NCBI GenBank assembly: GCA_044892525.1
Contig: CM097888.1
Span: 49,476,001-49,540,000, forward strand
Reading direction: 5' to 3'
Source of the DNA: Schmidtea polychroa
Taxonomy: Eukaryota
DNA length: 64,000 bases
Positions 63,949 through 64,000 of the stretch are shown in pieces; position 1 is the first letter of the stretch; each line of letters begins with the position of its first letter. Under the pieces are notes generated by a model, which saw nothing but the letters and a program-made list of their open reading frames with translations, had not been told where the DNA came from and did not search any database. The translations under genes were made by a program, and so were the position numbers.

Positions 63949-64000
63949 AATTCAGTGACGGCCTGTGTTGCACTCTCGCCCAACCGTATACGAGTGAAGA
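63949..64000 (+). CDS. Src-family-like protein exon 3 (partial): SH2 end
   Basis: Pyrimidine tract and TTTTTAG|AA, phase 1. The spliced product reads LIKYYT-E-FSDGLCCTLAQPYTSE, matching the Src/Frk DGLCxxLxxP motif. Runs off the window. Confidence 0.85.

Overview
AT-rich eukaryotic DNA, probably from an invertebrate animal, with three N-gaps. It is mostly a patchwork of transposons and their remnants. Main contents: (1) an apparently intact Sola1-type DDD transposon (3903-7147) with perfect 30-bp TIRs, an AATT TSD and an open transposase frame. (2) At least six hAT MITEs with 8-bp TSDs, plus Tc2/pogo and Helitron non-autonomous elements and decayed hAT, Chapaev3-like, Gypsy and Penelope coding remnants. 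(3) A 5-kb non-autonomous Polinton/Maverick-like element (42358-47387) with ~1-kb TIRs, AG...CT termini and a 6-bp TSD supported by an adjacent empty-site paralogue. (4) The first three exons of a myristoylated SH3-SH2 Src-family-like gene on + (53832 to beyond 64000). (5) Frameshifted laminin-G/EGF exon-like segments on -, which the ORF track shows only as fragments. (6) A GC-rich multi-ORF island of unknown origin (29.0-32.1 kb). The most unusual object is a type I hammerhead ribozyme with a palindromic minimal helix III (57738-57790). It lies sense in intron 1 of the Src-like gene and follows a U1-5'-end-like sequence (a perfect antisense 5' splice site) and an 11-bp hairpin. Family assignments come from motif recall, not database searches.
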